From the IMG/VR virus record IMGVR_UViG_3300037067_022020, positions 89,061 to 153,060 of that record: a DNA stretch of 64,000 nt; one strand, written 5' to 3'. This DNA is from a virus (Duplodnaviria > Caudoviricetes). The notes below the pieces were generated by a model, which did no database searches, was not told the origin of the DNA, and was given only the letters and a program-made list of their open reading frames with translations. Within the stretch, counting starts at the first letter, position 1. Every line of letters begins with the position of its first letter. The translations under genes were made by a program, and so were the position numbers. Positions 1 through 10,818 of the stretch are shown in pieces.

Positions 1-1
1 G

Positions 2-790
2 GAAACTACGTCAGGAAGTTATAAATATCATACATTTACATCTGATGATACTTTATCAGTTGAAGGATCTGGATATATTGATATATTAGTTGTCGCCGGT
101 GGTGGTGGTGGTGGTATAGGAGGAAGTTCCAACGAAGCTGGAGGTGGAGGTGGAGGTGGAGGGCTTAAATATGAAGAAAACTATTTTGTTAGTGATCATA
201 ATTATGACATTGTTATTGGGTTGGGGGGAAACGGATCAAATGATGAAAAAAATAAAGGTGATACTGGGGGGAATAGTATTTTTGATAATGGCGGTTCTGA
301 AATTATTGCTATTGGCGGCGGTGGGGGGGGGAGTAGTTATACAGGAATAACTATAAATGGAAGTAATGGGGGATCAGGAGGGGGAGGAAGTTGGTATAAT
401 TCTGTTAATGGAAGCGGAGGATCTAATACTACAGGGCAAGGAAATGTTGGGGGGTCTGGAAGTTTTACAAAAGGTGGAGGAGGTGGGGGAGCTGACTCCG
501 CTGGATCAGACGGAGGCGTTGGATCAGACGGAGGCGCTGGGGCATCATATTTTGGATCATATTATGCTGGAGGAGGAGGGGGATCAGCACAAACCGGAGC
601 TGGATCAGGTGGTATTGGGGGTGGAGGAAATGGAGCCGATTCAACGTTAGCTAGCGGAAATGGAGAAAATGGGACTGTAAATACTGGAGGTGGTGGAGGT
701 GGTGGGTATGGTCATATGTATATTCCCAACAGTCATGGTGGTAATGGGGGAGCGGGAATTGTAAAGATTAGATATTTAATTAATCAATAA
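2..790 (+). CDS. Glycine-rich virion/tail-fibre-type protein (5' truncated by window)
   Basis: Frame of ORF 221..790 is open from base 2 (YKYHTFT..ILVVAGGGGGG..NTGGGGGG..GGAGIVKIRY), a typical phage Gly-rich domain. Confidence 0.7.
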   Translation, partial: ETTSGSYKYHTFTSDDTLSVEGSGYIDILVVAGGGGGGIGGSSNEAGGGGGGGGLKYEENYFVSDHNYDIVIGLGGNGSNDEKNKGDTGGNSIFDNGGSEIIAIGGGGGGSSYTGITINGSNGGSGGGGSWYNSVNGSGGSNTTGQGNVGGSGSFTKGGGGGGADSAGSDGGVGSDGGAGASYFGSYYAGGGGGSAQTGAGSGGIGGGGNGADSTLASGNGENGTVNTGGGGGGGYGHMYIPNSHGGNGGAGIVKIRYLINQ

Positions 791-806
791 AAAATATTTT
801 AATAAT

Positions 807-1367
807 ATGCCAAATAGTATTATTATTTCATTAGATAGCGGAAAAATAGAATTAGAAGAAAATAATCCTTTTAAAATATATATGTTGGGGTCCGGGGGGA
901 ATTATGGAAGTAATTTAGTATTAAATGGCGATGGAGATAATACCACAGATTTTATAAACCCAACAGATGGATTAGCAGAAAACTGGTATTGCTCAAATGA
1001 GACTTCTCCAAGTATAATTACTGGGACAAATGGATTTTCAAATAATGCCCAGCGAGGGTTGGCTAAATTCAATCCCGGGTTAGCTGTTTTTTGGTCAAAT
1101 GATTTTGGAATAACAGAACCAAATAAAACTTTTCATTTTTGGATGCAATATAGATCAAATGTTAGTATCAATATAGCTGCATTAATTGAGCCAACTGGAT
1201 CAGGTGGATTTATCTTTAATTATACATCCAATACCGGGAATGCTAAATTTGTTGAAGGAGAATTTACAAATGCACTTGATCCTCTTCGGGGAATAGGAAT
1301 ATATGCTTCAGGTGTTGGACCTCCGTGGGTTGAATTTGATAAAATAATGGTTAAAGAAGTACTATAA
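807..1367 (+). CDS. Hypothetical protein, possible beta-sandwich/carbohydrate-binding virion domain
   Basis: 186 aa ORF; ends WVEFDKIMVKEV, similar to CBM-like domains. Confidence 0.4.
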   Translation: MPNSIIISLDSGKIELEENNPFKIYMLGSGGNYGSNLVLNGDGDNTTDFINPTDGLAENWYCSNETSPSIITGTNGFSNNAQRGLAKFNPGLAVFWSNDFGITEPNKTFHFWMQYRSNVSINIAALIEPTGSGGFIFNYTSNTGNAKFVEGEFTNALDPLRGIGIYASGVGPPWVEFDKIMVKEVL

Positions 1368-1376
1368 ACAAATAAT

Positions 1377-1408
1377 TTTGAATTCCTCAAAAAAATTTTT
1401 TATATTTA
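1377..1408 (+). promoter_or_regulatory. Class 1 (Bacteroidota sigma70-type) promoter
   Basis: TTTG-N20-TATATTTA. Confidence 0.6.
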
Positions 1409-1443
1409 AATCCATTAGTAAGTTTTTGTAGAATTTTAATAAC

Positions 1444-4400
1444 ATGAATAAAAAAATTTCCATAATTATTCCCACATATAATCATTGTGAGGATCTTCTA
1501 AAACCATGTGTTGAATCTATTATTAGATATACTGATTTATTAGCAGGTGATATTGAAGTCATAATCGTCGCTAATGGTTGTACTGACAATACAAAACAAT
1601 ATTTAGATGAGTTAGTTAAAATATATAATCCATTTAAAATTTTATGGTTTGATAAACCTCTAGGATACACAAAGGCTACTAATGAAGGTATAAAAGCCGC
1701 ATCGGGTAAATTTATTATTTTACTAAATAATGATATTGTATTATTAGAACAAGGACAAAATACTTGGCTCAATAGATTAATAGACCCATTTAAAGAGGAT
1801 GAGTTACTGGGTATTACGGGTACAAAAGGAAAGATTTGTGAATATACAGGTCATTGGTTTCTTATTTTCTTTTGTGTGGCTATTCGAAAAAATGTAATTG
1901 ATAAGATAGGATTTTTAGATGAAGAATTTAATCCTGGGTTTGGTGAGGATACTGACTTTTGTATAAAAACTGTTAATGCTGGATTTAAAATAAAAGAAAT
2001 TTGTAATTATTCTGATGAAAGTCATTATATAAGTGATTATCCTATTTATCATAAAGCTGAGGGGACTATGAATGATAGCATTAATAAAGAAATGTTTTCA
2101 AACTCTGTTTTAAAAAATATTGAACTATTAAAACAAAGGTATCCCAAAAATAATTCATCTAAAATTCAAATTGATCCCCCAAATGAAAGAGAATTAAACT
2201 CCCCAAAAATTTCTATAATTATCCCCACATATAATCATTGTGAAGATCTTCTAAAACCATGTATTGAGTCTATTATTAGGTATACGGACCTTTTTAATGT
2301 CGAAATAATAATTTCAGCAAATGGTTGTACTGACAATACAAAGGAATATATAAATTCATTAGATCCCAATATTTTTAAACTAATTTGGTCAGATGAAGCT
2401 ATTGGATTTACTAAAGCAACTAATAAAGGAATAACACAAGCATCTGGAGAATATATTATTCTTTTAAATAATGATGTTGAATTAATTTCTCAAGAAAAAA
2501 ATGACTGGATTAATAAGTTATTACAACCATTTAATTCGAATGAAAAAATTGGAATAACAGGTCCAATGAAAGTACATTGTCAATATGCTAATGCTGAATT
2601 AATAATTTTCTTTTGTGTTTGCATCAAACATTCTACTTTCGACGAAATAGGTTTATTAGACGAAAGTTTTTCCCCAGGATATGGTGAGGATACTGATTTT
2701 TGTGTTCGATGCAAACAAAAAGGATATAAATTAGTTCAAGTTCCAGAAGAAACTCAACACTATTATGATTCAAATAAAATGACAGGGGATTTCCCTATTT
2801 ATCATAAAGGAAATGAAACATTTAAATCTGTTCGGGATAATGAAGATATTCTATCAAAAAATAGAATTATTTTAGCTACAAAATATAACCCATCAATTAA
2901 ATTGAATTTAGGTTGTGGGGAAGTAAAAATTAATGGATTCTTAAATGCAGATAAATATAGACGAGATGTCGATTTAATATTAGATGCAACTGATTTATCT
3001 TCTTTTTATGATGACACAGTTGATGAAATTATTGCTATAAATTTAGTTGAGCGAATAAATCCATATAAAGTATCTGATATGTTTAAGGAATGGTTTCGTG
3101 TTCTTAAACCGAACGGAAAACTTACTATAGAAGTTCCGAACATGATTGAACTTTGTAAAGATTTTGAACAAGCAAATATTGAAAAAAAATATGAATATCT
3201 TAATCATATTTTTGGAACATATGATATGGAACATCCACCAGTATTTGGTTGGTTCGAACAAACTTTAACTGAACATATAAAATTGGTTGGTTTTTCAAAT
3301 ATTCAAATTTCTACAAATAATGTTTCTAAAAAATATAATTTTAGAGTTCAAGCAGAAAAAATTTTACAACCAAATTATTCTTCGTCAGATAAAAAAATTC
3401 AAACAATAGTAAAGAGTAATAATATTATTCAACAAGAACAAATAAAAATTAAAGAAACTGATATTCCCAAAGAATTACCAGAAGGTTGGTTTGCCGATCA
3501 TGACATTGATACTTATCGAAAACTCATAGAAGAAATTCCCGAAAATGGAATAATGTTAGAAATCGGGACATGGAAAGGAAAATCAATTTGTTCAATTGCC
3601 GATTTAATTGTAAAAAAGAAATTGAAAGTTTTCACAATAGACACCTATAAAGGAACTGATTCTACTGAACTTGAGGTGAAATCTCACTCAGAAGCTAAAA
3701 CTATTGATATATTTAAGATATTTCAATCAAATATTGATAAATTTCGTTTATCAAATAATATTGTTCCCCTTATAGGAAAATCAGATGACTTTCATGAAAC
3801 ATTTAAGAATAAATATTTTGATTTTATTTTTATAGATGGTGATCACGCATATAATCAAGTTAAATTAGATATTGAACATTGGTATCCCAAATTAAAAACC
3901 CATGGAAAAATTGCAGGGCATGACATTGGATGGGAAACGGTTCATACCGCCGTTCGAGAAAAATTTAATGATCAATTTTTAACGGATAAAATTGATATTT
4001 GGTATTTTGAAAAACCAATGATTTATGATGGATTTACCTTTTTTAATGAACTGGATATTTTAGAAATCCGTCTCAATGAATTGAGAGATATAGTTGATAA
4101 ATTTATTTTAGTTGAATGTGAAGAAACCCATTCAGGATTATCTAAACAATTATATTATCAAGAAAATAAAGAAAAATTTAAAGATTTTAATATAACTAAT
4201 TTAATATCACCAAACATAGAAACCTTTGATCCTTGGGTTAGAGAACGAGCTCAAAGAAATTTTATATTGAATGGGTGTAAGGATGCAAAAGATACTGATT
4301 TAATTATTATTTCTGATGTCGATGAGATCCCAAATAAAGATGCTATTAATTTTACATTTCCCAAAGATGATAACGTATTATCATTCTTTATGAAATTTTA

Positions 4401-4788
4401 CTATTATTATTTTAATGTTATTGGGATTTCATCTAACTGGATTGAATCAAAAATAACAACAATTAAAAAAGCAAAAGAATTATCAGCTACGGGTATAAGA
4501 TATGCTTATTGGGGTAAACCAGAAAATGAAGCTAATGTCATTTATAAAGCAAATGGTTGGCACTTTAGTTATATGGGGGGATTAGAAAAAGTCATTCAAA
4601 AAATAGAATCCTTTGCTCATCAAGAATATAATAATGAAAATATTAAAATAAATGTAAAAGAAAGAATAAATAATATTGAAGATATTTTTGATCGGGGTAA
4701 TTCTAAATTTCAAATTATTAAAAATCCAGATCTTCCCAAATTTATTTTGAATAATTTAAATTATTTTAAGAGCTATTTCAAACAATAA
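1444..4788 (+). CDS. Five-domain glycosylation polyprotein: GT2-GT2-SAM MTase-SAM MTase-GT17-like
   Basis: Two ISIIIPTYN..LLNND..GEDTDFC GT2 domains; LNLGCG MTase; LEIGTWKG..FIDGDH..GHD MTase; YDGFTFFNELDILEIRL..SDVDEIP..GWHFSY GT17-like domain. Confidence 0.85.
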   Translation: MNKKISIIIPTYNHCEDLLKPCVESIIRYTDLLAGDIEVIIVANGCTDNTKQYLDELVKIYNPFKILWFDKPLGYTKATNEGIKAASGKFIILLNNDIVLLEQGQNTWLNRLIDPFKEDELLGITGTKGKICEYTGHWFLIFFCVAIRKNVIDKIGFLDEEFNPGFGEDTDFCIKTVNAGFKIKEICNYSDESHYISDYPIYHKAEGTMNDSINKEMFSNSVLKNIELLKQRYPKNNSSKIQIDPPNERELNSPKISIIIPTYNHCEDLLKPCIESIIRYTDLFNVEIIISANGCTDNTKEYINSLDPNIFKLIWSDEAIGFTKATNKGITQASGEYIILLNNDVELISQEKNDWINKLLQPFNSNEKIGITGPMKVHCQYANAELIIFFCVCIKHSTFDEIGLLDESFSPGYGEDTDFCVRCKQKGYKLVQVPEETQHYYDSNKMTGDFPIYHKGNETFKSVRDNEDILSKNRIILATKYNPSIKLNLGCGEVKINGFLNADKYRRDVDLILDATDLSSFYDDTVDEIIAINLVERINPYKVSDMFKEWFRVLKPNGKLTIEVPNMIELCKDFEQANIEKKYEYLNHIFGTYDMEHPPVFGWFEQTLTEHIKLVGFSNIQISTNNVSKKYNFRVQAEKILQPNYSSSDKKIQTIVKSNNIIQQEQIKIKETDIPKELPEGWFADHDIDTYRKLIEEIPENGIMLEIGTWKGKSICSIADLIVKKKLKVFTIDTYKGTDSTELEVKSHSEAKTIDIFKIFQSNIDKFRLSNNIVPLIGKSDDFHETFKNKYFDFIFIDGDHAYNQVKLDIEHWYPKLKTHGKIAGHDIGWETVHTAVREKFNDQFLTDKIDIWYFEKPMIYDGFTFFNELDILEIRLNELRDIVDKFILVECEETHSGLSKQLYYQENKEKFKDFNITNLISPNIETFDPWVRERAQRNFILNGCKDAKDTDLIIISDVDEIPNKDAINFTFPKDDNVLSFFMKFYYYYFNVIGISSNWIESKITTIKKAKELSATGIRYAYWGKPENEANVIYKANGWHFSYMGGLEKVIQKIESFAHQEYNNENIKINVKERINNIEDIFDRGNSKFQIIKNPDLPKFILNNLNYFKSYFKQ

Positions 4789-4816
4789 ATTTAAATTTTA
4801 AATCTTGAGATATATA

Positions 4817-6334
4817 TAATGTAAATTTTCATTAAAATTCATATAAATATATAAAATAAATTGTATATTTTCTAAATTAATTATTAAATTAAAATAAGTT
4901 TTGTTACTTTTTTATAAACTATTTCAAAAAACTTTTTTAAAAAATTTATTAGCTAATATTTATTATAACGAATTATAATAAACTCATGATAACCATTAAA
5001 CTACCATATACATCAACTGACAAATTTCAAGAACGATTAAAAGATCTTAGAAGACAATATTCTATTGTAGTTAGATCTGCATATAAAAAATGGTTAAACG
5101 ACTATTCTCAAACTGAAATTTTAGCATATTGTAAAAAATTAAATAATATTGACAATTTAAGTTGCTTTATTATTATTTGTGCATTATTAGAAGGTAGTCA
5201 AATAGCTAAAAGATTTAAAGATAATCCTAATATAATTTTTGGTTCAAAATTAAATTTTTCTAAGTATTGTAAGAATAAAATTACTAAAGAAGAATATAAA
5301 AATAAACGATTATTACCATTTAGTATACAAGGAGATAAATTAAAAAAAGGTAACAGACATTTTAATTTGAATATAATTGATGAAAATTTCATAGAATTTA
5401 AATTAAATAGAAATGAACATTTTATTTTACATTTACCCAAACTTGCTAAAAATTATAAAAAGAAATTATATTGGCTAGAAGAGCAAGCAAAAAATAGTTT
5501 AATTCCATATTCTGTTAGATTAACTGATAAATTTATTTATATTTCATTTGAAGACTATAAAAAAGAATCTATTAATACGAATATAAATACCAGATTTTTA
5601 TCTTTAGACATGAACCCCGATAACATTGGTTTATCTATTTGTGAATATACTAAAGATAAAAATTATAAAGTTATACATACAAGAATGATTAGTATTGAAA
5701 AAATATTTAGTAAATTTATTGATGCAAATCTTACATCAACTAATTCTAAATCAAAATATTATCAAAATAAATTAAAATTTGAAACAATTCAGTCATCAAA
5801 ATTTATAGTTAATTTAGCAAAATATTATCATTGTAAATTTATTTTTATTGAGTCATTAAAATTTAAAAAGACTATTAAAAATAAACATAATAACGTTGGT
5901 AATAGAAAGTGTAAAAATCTATGGAAAAGAACATTGTTTGTTAATAATTTAAAGAAACGATGTTTACAAAATAATATCAAAATATATGAAATTAATCCTG
6001 CTTATTCATCATTTATTGGAAATTTACAACATAATTATGTAGATTCAATAAATGCTTCATTAGAAATAGGTAGAAGAAGTTATGAATGTATTATACTTAA
6101 AAATAAAAATAATTTCTATCCAGAACTTATACTAAATCCTCTGAAACACCAATGGAAGGAAATGGTTAGTGGATGTAAGAGCTGGCAGGAATTATTTCGT
6201 AAAAATCAAAACTCTAAAGTTAAATATAGAGTTCAACTTGAGGATGTCAAAGAACATTTTAAAGTTGTTTTAAGTACTTTTCATAAAAAATCTTATATAG
6301 ATTTATATGAATTTATATAGAAAAGTATATTTAA
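4817..6334 (+). mobile_element. Non-autonomous IS607-type element (tnpB only)
   Basis: Left end (TAATGTAAATTTTCATTAAAATTCATATAAATATATAAAATAA) and right end (..GAAAAGTATATTTAA) nearly identical to the ends of the element at 38583-40673; no tnpA. Confidence 0.8.
4986..6320 (+). CDS. tnpB: TnpB-family RNA-guided nuclease (zinc-finger-less type)
   Basis: RuvC motifs LSLDMN, IFIESL, INPAYSS..D; paralog of 38597..39904. Confidence 0.8.
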   Translation: MITIKLPYTSTDKFQERLKDLRRQYSIVVRSAYKKWLNDYSQTEILAYCKKLNNIDNLSCFIIICALLEGSQIAKRFKDNPNIIFGSKLNFSKYCKNKITKEEYKNKRLLPFSIQGDKLKKGNRHFNLNIIDENFIEFKLNRNEHFILHLPKLAKNYKKKLYWLEEQAKNSLIPYSVRLTDKFIYISFEDYKKESINTNINTRFLSLDMNPDNIGLSICEYTKDKNYKVIHTRMISIEKIFSKFIDANLTSTNSKSKYYQNKLKFETIQSSKFIVNLAKYYHCKFIFIESLKFKKTIKNKHNNVGNRKCKNLWKRTLFVNNLKKRCLQNNIKIYEINPAYSSFIGNLQHNYVDSINASLEIGRRSYECIILKNKNNFYPELILNPLKHQWKEMVSGCKSWQELFRKNQNSKVKYRVQLEDVKEHFKVVLSTFHKKSYIDLYEFI

Positions 6335-6340
6335 ACAGTT

Positions 6341-7414
6341 ATGATATTTTTATTTAAAAGAAAGGAACAATTATTTGTGAAACCCACCGTCAATCCACCA
6401 TCATGGAAACGACAAATTCATAATTCAATAAAATCGATTTATGAGTTAAAAGATAAAGAATTAATACCCGATGACCAAACAGAAATAGATAAGCTACCGA
6501 TTCGAATCACACAATATTATTTATCGGTAGCTTTAAAAAATAAAAAATTGCTAAAAACAATAATTCCTACTAAAGAAGAATTAATTATTTCGAATGATGA
6601 ATCAATTGACCCATTAGCTGAAGAAATATATAGAAAAAATAAATGTATAATTCATAAATACCCAAATCGCGTTCTTTTTCTTGTTACTAAATTTTGCAGC
6701 ACTAATTGTAGATTTTGTACAAGATCAAGAATAGTTGGTGGGAATAATCCAATATTTAAAAATGATTGGATAACCGGAATTGAATATATTAGGCAACATC
6801 CAGAAATTCAAGATGTGTTAATTAGTGGTGGAGACCCCCTGACACTTTCAGATGAAAGTTTATTTTTTATTTTATCTGAATTAAGGAAAATTAATCATAT
6901 TAAAATTTTAAGAATGGGGACTAAAATTCCTGTTGTATTACCCGATAGAATAACCGGTGGGCTTATAAATATGTTAAAACAATTTAGTCCATTATATATG
7001 AATATTCATTTCACTCATACGGCAGAAATTACTTCGGAGTGTAAAGAAGCAATAAAAAATCTATTAAATGGCGGAGTAATTTTAGGAAGTCAAACAGTTT
7101 TATTAAAAAATGTTAACGATTCCGCAGAAGAGTTACAAGATTTATTTAATGAATTATTATCTATTGGTGTTAGACCATACTACATATACAATATGGATAA
7201 AATTCAAGGAGGAGAACATTTCAGATGTGATTTAGATACTATGATAAATTTAATGAAAAAGTTAGTTGGATTTAATAGCGGATTAGCCATTCCAGAATTT
7301 ATCATTGACACTGAAATAGGGAAGATTCCTCTTCGTTATGAATTTATAACTAAAAATGAGAATAATAACTATGTATTGAATAGCTTCGAAAAAAATCAAT
7401 CAGTAATGTATTAA
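6341..7414 (+). CDS. kamA: KamA-family radical SAM protein (lysine 2,3-aminomutase-like)
   Basis: HKYPNRVL, CSTNCRFC, ISGGDPL, QTVLLKNVND, RPYY, GKIP. Confidence 0.85.
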   Translation: MIFLFKRKEQLFVKPTVNPPSWKRQIHNSIKSIYELKDKELIPDDQTEIDKLPIRITQYYLSVALKNKKLLKTIIPTKEELIISNDESIDPLAEEIYRKNKCIIHKYPNRVLFLVTKFCSTNCRFCTRSRIVGGNNPIFKNDWITGIEYIRQHPEIQDVLISGGDPLTLSDESLFFILSELRKINHIKILRMGTKIPVVLPDRITGGLINMLKQFSPLYMNIHFTHTAEITSECKEAIKNLLNGGVILGSQTVLLKNVNDSAEELQDLFNELLSIGVRPYYIYNMDKIQGGEHFRCDLDTMINLMKKLVGFNSGLAIPEFIIDTEIGKIPLRYEFITKNENNNYVLNSFEKNQSVMY

Positions 7415-7416
7415 TT

Positions 7417-7755
7417 ATGACGAAAAAAAATCAAACACCAAAAATAGAATTTGAACATAAAACTATAAGTGTAAAAGAATTTCGAGAATTGGGATACTTA
7501 CAAGAATTAAATCGAAGATTTTTGCATCCGCTTGGATTAGCTTTATCAGTAAAAATAGATTTAGAAGGATTTGAAAGTCTTGACAGAATTTTTGATTATC
7601 GACATGATAATGAAGGAATTTTTTATGATATAATAAATTCAGATGAAAAAAGAATCGAACGATTTAAAAAAAATTCTGAATTTATTGATTCCGAATTTAA
7701 AAAAAGATTAAAAATAAGAAAAGAAAATTTGGGCTTTGGAGTTGAAGAAATTTAA
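7417..7755 (+). CDS. Hypothetical phage protein
   Basis: 112 aa ORF (GYLQELNRRFLHPLGLAL). Confidence 0.6.
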   Translation: MTKKNQTPKIEFEHKTISVKEFRELGYLQELNRRFLHPLGLALSVKIDLEGFESLDRIFDYRHDNEGIFYDIINSDEKRIERFKKNSEFIDSEFKKRLKIRKENLGFGVEEI

Positions 7756-7761
7756 ATAAAC

Positions 7762-8856
7762 ATGAATGATAAAATATTTACAAGTCGAGATGTAACAGTG
7801 ACTATATCTACAAGAGGTCGATATTTTACTACTCTTCCATTATGTATTATTGCAATATGTAATCAGACAGTAACACCCAAAAAATTTATACTGTTTGACG
7901 ATAATGAAAATAAAAAAGATTTACGAGAAGAGTCTATTTATAAAAACATCTTTGCATTATTAACTGTAAAGAATATAGAATGGGAAGTGGTGTTAGGTCT
8001 CGGTCAGGGACAAGTAAAAAATCATCAATATGCTCTCGGTAATAAAATCGACGGAACTCCTGTTGTAAATACTGAACTTTTATGGAGAATGGATGACGAT
8101 AATATTCCTGAATCAAATGTGCTTGAAAATTTATTATCAATATTTAATTCAATAGATAATGTTGGAGCTGTTGCGGGATTGGTCCTAAATGCTAAACATG
8201 GAGTTAATAAAAATAAATTAGCATCTAATAAAATAGAAGATATTTTTTTAGGATTAAATCAACAATGGTTTGTACATGATACTAAATCTCCATTTCAAGT
8301 TGATCATTTATATTCGACTTTTTTATTTAGAAAAAGTGCTGCAACTCATGGATATCGGATGGATTTATCTCGGGTTGGACATCGAGAGGAAACATTTTTT
8401 AGTTATGAAATGACAAGATCCGGATGGAAATGTATAATTAACCCAAATACTATAACTTGGCATTTTGATAATCCTGTTGGGGGTATTAGAGATAATACAA
8501 CTTCAGATATGTGGCATGACGATGAAGAAAAATTTAAAAAACAATTAAATGATTGGGGTATTATTCCAAATGATTTTGCCTTTGCTGTATTAGATTGTGG
8601 GATTGGTGACACGGCGTTATTTAAAACGATTTTACCACAATTTATCGAAAAAAATAAAGAAAAAAAAATAATACTCTCTGTATGTTTTCCTGATTTATTT
8701 TGGGATTTTCCTAATCTTGAATTAATAAGTATTGCAGATGCTCAAATGTTGATGGGTCAAGGAGTAGACAATTATAATGTATATAAGTGGGCTATAGATC
8801 ATAATTTACGTGGCCCACTAATTGAAGCGTTTAAAGATATTTATCTAAAAGATTAA
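7762..8856 (+). CDS. GT2-family glycosyltransferase with C-terminal GIGD-containing domain
   Basis: RMDDD DxD motif, HREET, WHF; C-terminal CGIGD. Confidence 0.7.
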   Translation: MNDKIFTSRDVTVTISTRGRYFTTLPLCIIAICNQTVTPKKFILFDDNENKKDLREESIYKNIFALLTVKNIEWEVVLGLGQGQVKNHQYALGNKIDGTPVVNTELLWRMDDDNIPESNVLENLLSIFNSIDNVGAVAGLVLNAKHGVNKNKLASNKIEDIFLGLNQQWFVHDTKSPFQVDHLYSTFLFRKSAATHGYRMDLSRVGHREETFFSYEMTRSGWKCIINPNTITWHFDNPVGGIRDNTTSDMWHDDEEKFKKQLNDWGIIPNDFAFAVLDCGIGDTALFKTILPQFIEKNKEKKIILSVCFPDLFWDFPNLELISIADAQMLMGQGVDNYNVYKWAIDHNLRGPLIEAFKDIYLKD

Positions 8857-9335
8857 GCCGCTTTGATTCGAACAAAATAACATTTGAGAAAATCAATTAT
8901 TTCTTTTTGTCTAAGATTATCTTTCTTTTTATATGTGCCGTCTAAATTAAAATGATGTTTTTCATCCCACTCATACCAAATATTATTCTCTTCATCATAC
9001 CCATCCGCCCAATAACCATTAGCATAAAATTCACCACCATTTTCTGCATGTTGGATAAAACATCCAGTTGTTTCCATAATCATTTCAAAATAAATACATC
9101 CATCTGAATTATAATTTGGATCGCCGATTTTTCTTTTTGATAAATCAGAATGATGTTTTCCATAAAATGGGTTTTTTCACCTTTAACATTTTCGCTTCGA
9201 ATTTTACTAAGTTTATTAGCTTTTTCCTCATCATATAGTTCTTTATCTGATTTTCCCTTTCTAGCACAACCTGGATTACATGGTTTATTATTACTATTTG
9301 CTATTTGCTATTTTTAAGGATTTTTCACTTACATA
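8853..9335 (-). pseudogene. Frameshifted NUMOD3 homing endonuclease-like gene
   Basis: Upstream of ORF 8853..9083 the frames read KNPFYGKHHS (NUMOD3) and KPCNPGC; broken by a 1-nt-short A run near 9172-9177 and a 7-bp ATAGCAA duplication near 9294-9311; C-terminus DGYD..YEWDEKHH is nuclease-like. Confidence 0.65.
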
Positions 9336-9441
9336 ATATATATGAAAAAATTTATTTTTTAAAAACATTTTTAATTTTTTTTAAAGCAAATAATTATTAT
9401 GTTAGATATGAATTAAAAGTTATTTTAAACGGGGTAAATCT

Positions 9442-10284
9442 ATGAATTTAAGTAATTCGTCTGAACTTTCAGAGTGGGTGTTATCACATCAAGATACGTT
9501 TAATATTCTTGATAGTATAAAAATGTATTTTATCGTCAAAGATCTTAATAGTAATTTAGTTTGGGTCAACAAAAATTTTGCTACTATAATAGGTAAAGAA
9601 CAAAATGAAATTATTAATAAAACAGCAGAAGAAGTTTTTTCTAATTGTAATAATTTCGAACAATCGATTTTAAATAGTTATGTAGAAGATGATAAAGAAA
9701 TCTTAAAAACTAAATCTCCAAAAAGTGATATTGTTGAAAAGTTATTAACAGTATTTGGAACCAAATGGATTAAAACTACAAAATTCCCATTATTAAATAA
9801 ATCAGGTGAAGCAATAGGAATTATTGTAATATCTATAGATATTACTGAACAATATACTATTAGTATGGAATTTGAATTATTACTTGATTCACTAAGTGAT
9901 TCATTGATTATCACTGATCATTCAGGAATAATATTAAAAGTTTATAAAGGAAAAACTGGATTGATTAATGACTATAATGAACATATAGGTAAAAATATTC
10001 AAAATATATTTTCTGTTTCTGATTTTTCGACAAAAATAACTAATCAAATTGATAAAATTCTGAATGATTCAAAAAATAATATTTTGGATCCATTCGGTTA
10101 TTATTTTGAATTTTCAACTAAAGATAAACAATATGAAATAACCATAGATATATTTAATCATAGTAAATTAGTTTTTTCAATTAGAGATATTTCACTTAGA
10201 AAAAAACTTGATAAATTTGATCACCTTTTAGAAGAAGTTAGATCAATGAATAATTCTATGATTCGTTCACTTATCACGGAGTAA
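9442..10284 (+). CDS. PAS-domain protein (two PAS-like domains, no kinase)
   Basis: FIVKDLNSNLVWVN..WIKTTKFPLLNKSGEAIGII..DITE PAS/PAC signature; second LLDSLSDSLIITDHSGII. Confidence 0.75.
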   Translation: MNLSNSSELSEWVLSHQDTFNILDSIKMYFIVKDLNSNLVWVNKNFATIIGKEQNEIINKTAEEVFSNCNNFEQSILNSYVEDDKEILKTKSPKSDIVEKLLTVFGTKWIKTTKFPLLNKSGEAIGIIVISIDITEQYTISMEFELLLDSLSDSLIITDHSGIILKVYKGKTGLINDYNEHIGKNIQNIFSVSDFSTKITNQIDKILNDSKNNILDPFGYYFEFSTKDKQYEITIDIFNHSKLVFSIRDISLRKKLDKFDHLLEEVRSMNNSMIRSLITE

Positions 10285-10288
10285 TCGA

Positions 10289-10756
10289 ATGACTAAATTA
10301 AATGACATTGAAAATATAATCCATTTATTAGAGCAAAAAATCGGAATCAATGATACAGAAGTAAAATCTTTCATTGAAACTCATAATATAAAATCAATTG
10401 ATATTGAAAAACAGATAAAAGATATTAATGAAAAAGTTTTAAAATTATTATTTATTAGCCAGGAACTAGTAAATCAAGGAAAAGCACATAAAGAAATAAT
10501 CGATGAAATAAAAAAGGTTCAAGATGAATTAAAAATAATTGATATTGATATAGAAGGAAGCCACAGTAAGATGACTCATGCAGAATTTGCAAAATTTATA
10601 TTAAATAAAATTAATCCAGACAAACAAATTGAAAAATGGTCAACACGAATTAAAAATTCATTTCCAATTATAATATTGATTATATTATCTATATATATTA
10701 TTATTCAAAGTTTTGAAATGAAATCTCTAATTGAAATTTTAAATTCACTAAAATAA
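10289..10756 (+). CDS. Coiled-coil protein with C-terminal transmembrane helix
   Basis: FPIIILIILSIYIII hydrophobic segment. Confidence 0.55.
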   Translation: MTKLNDIENIIHLLEQKIGINDTEVKSFIETHNIKSIDIEKQIKDINEKVLKLLFISQELVNQGKAHKEIIDEIKKVQDELKIIDIDIEGSHSKMTHAEFAKFILNKINPDKQIEKWSTRIKNSFPIIILIILSIYIIIQSFEMKSLIEILNSLK

Positions 10757-10818
10757 AAATTCAATTTTATTTGAAATTTTCATAATTTTTTTTTATATTT
10801 TAAATAAATTTAAGCAAA

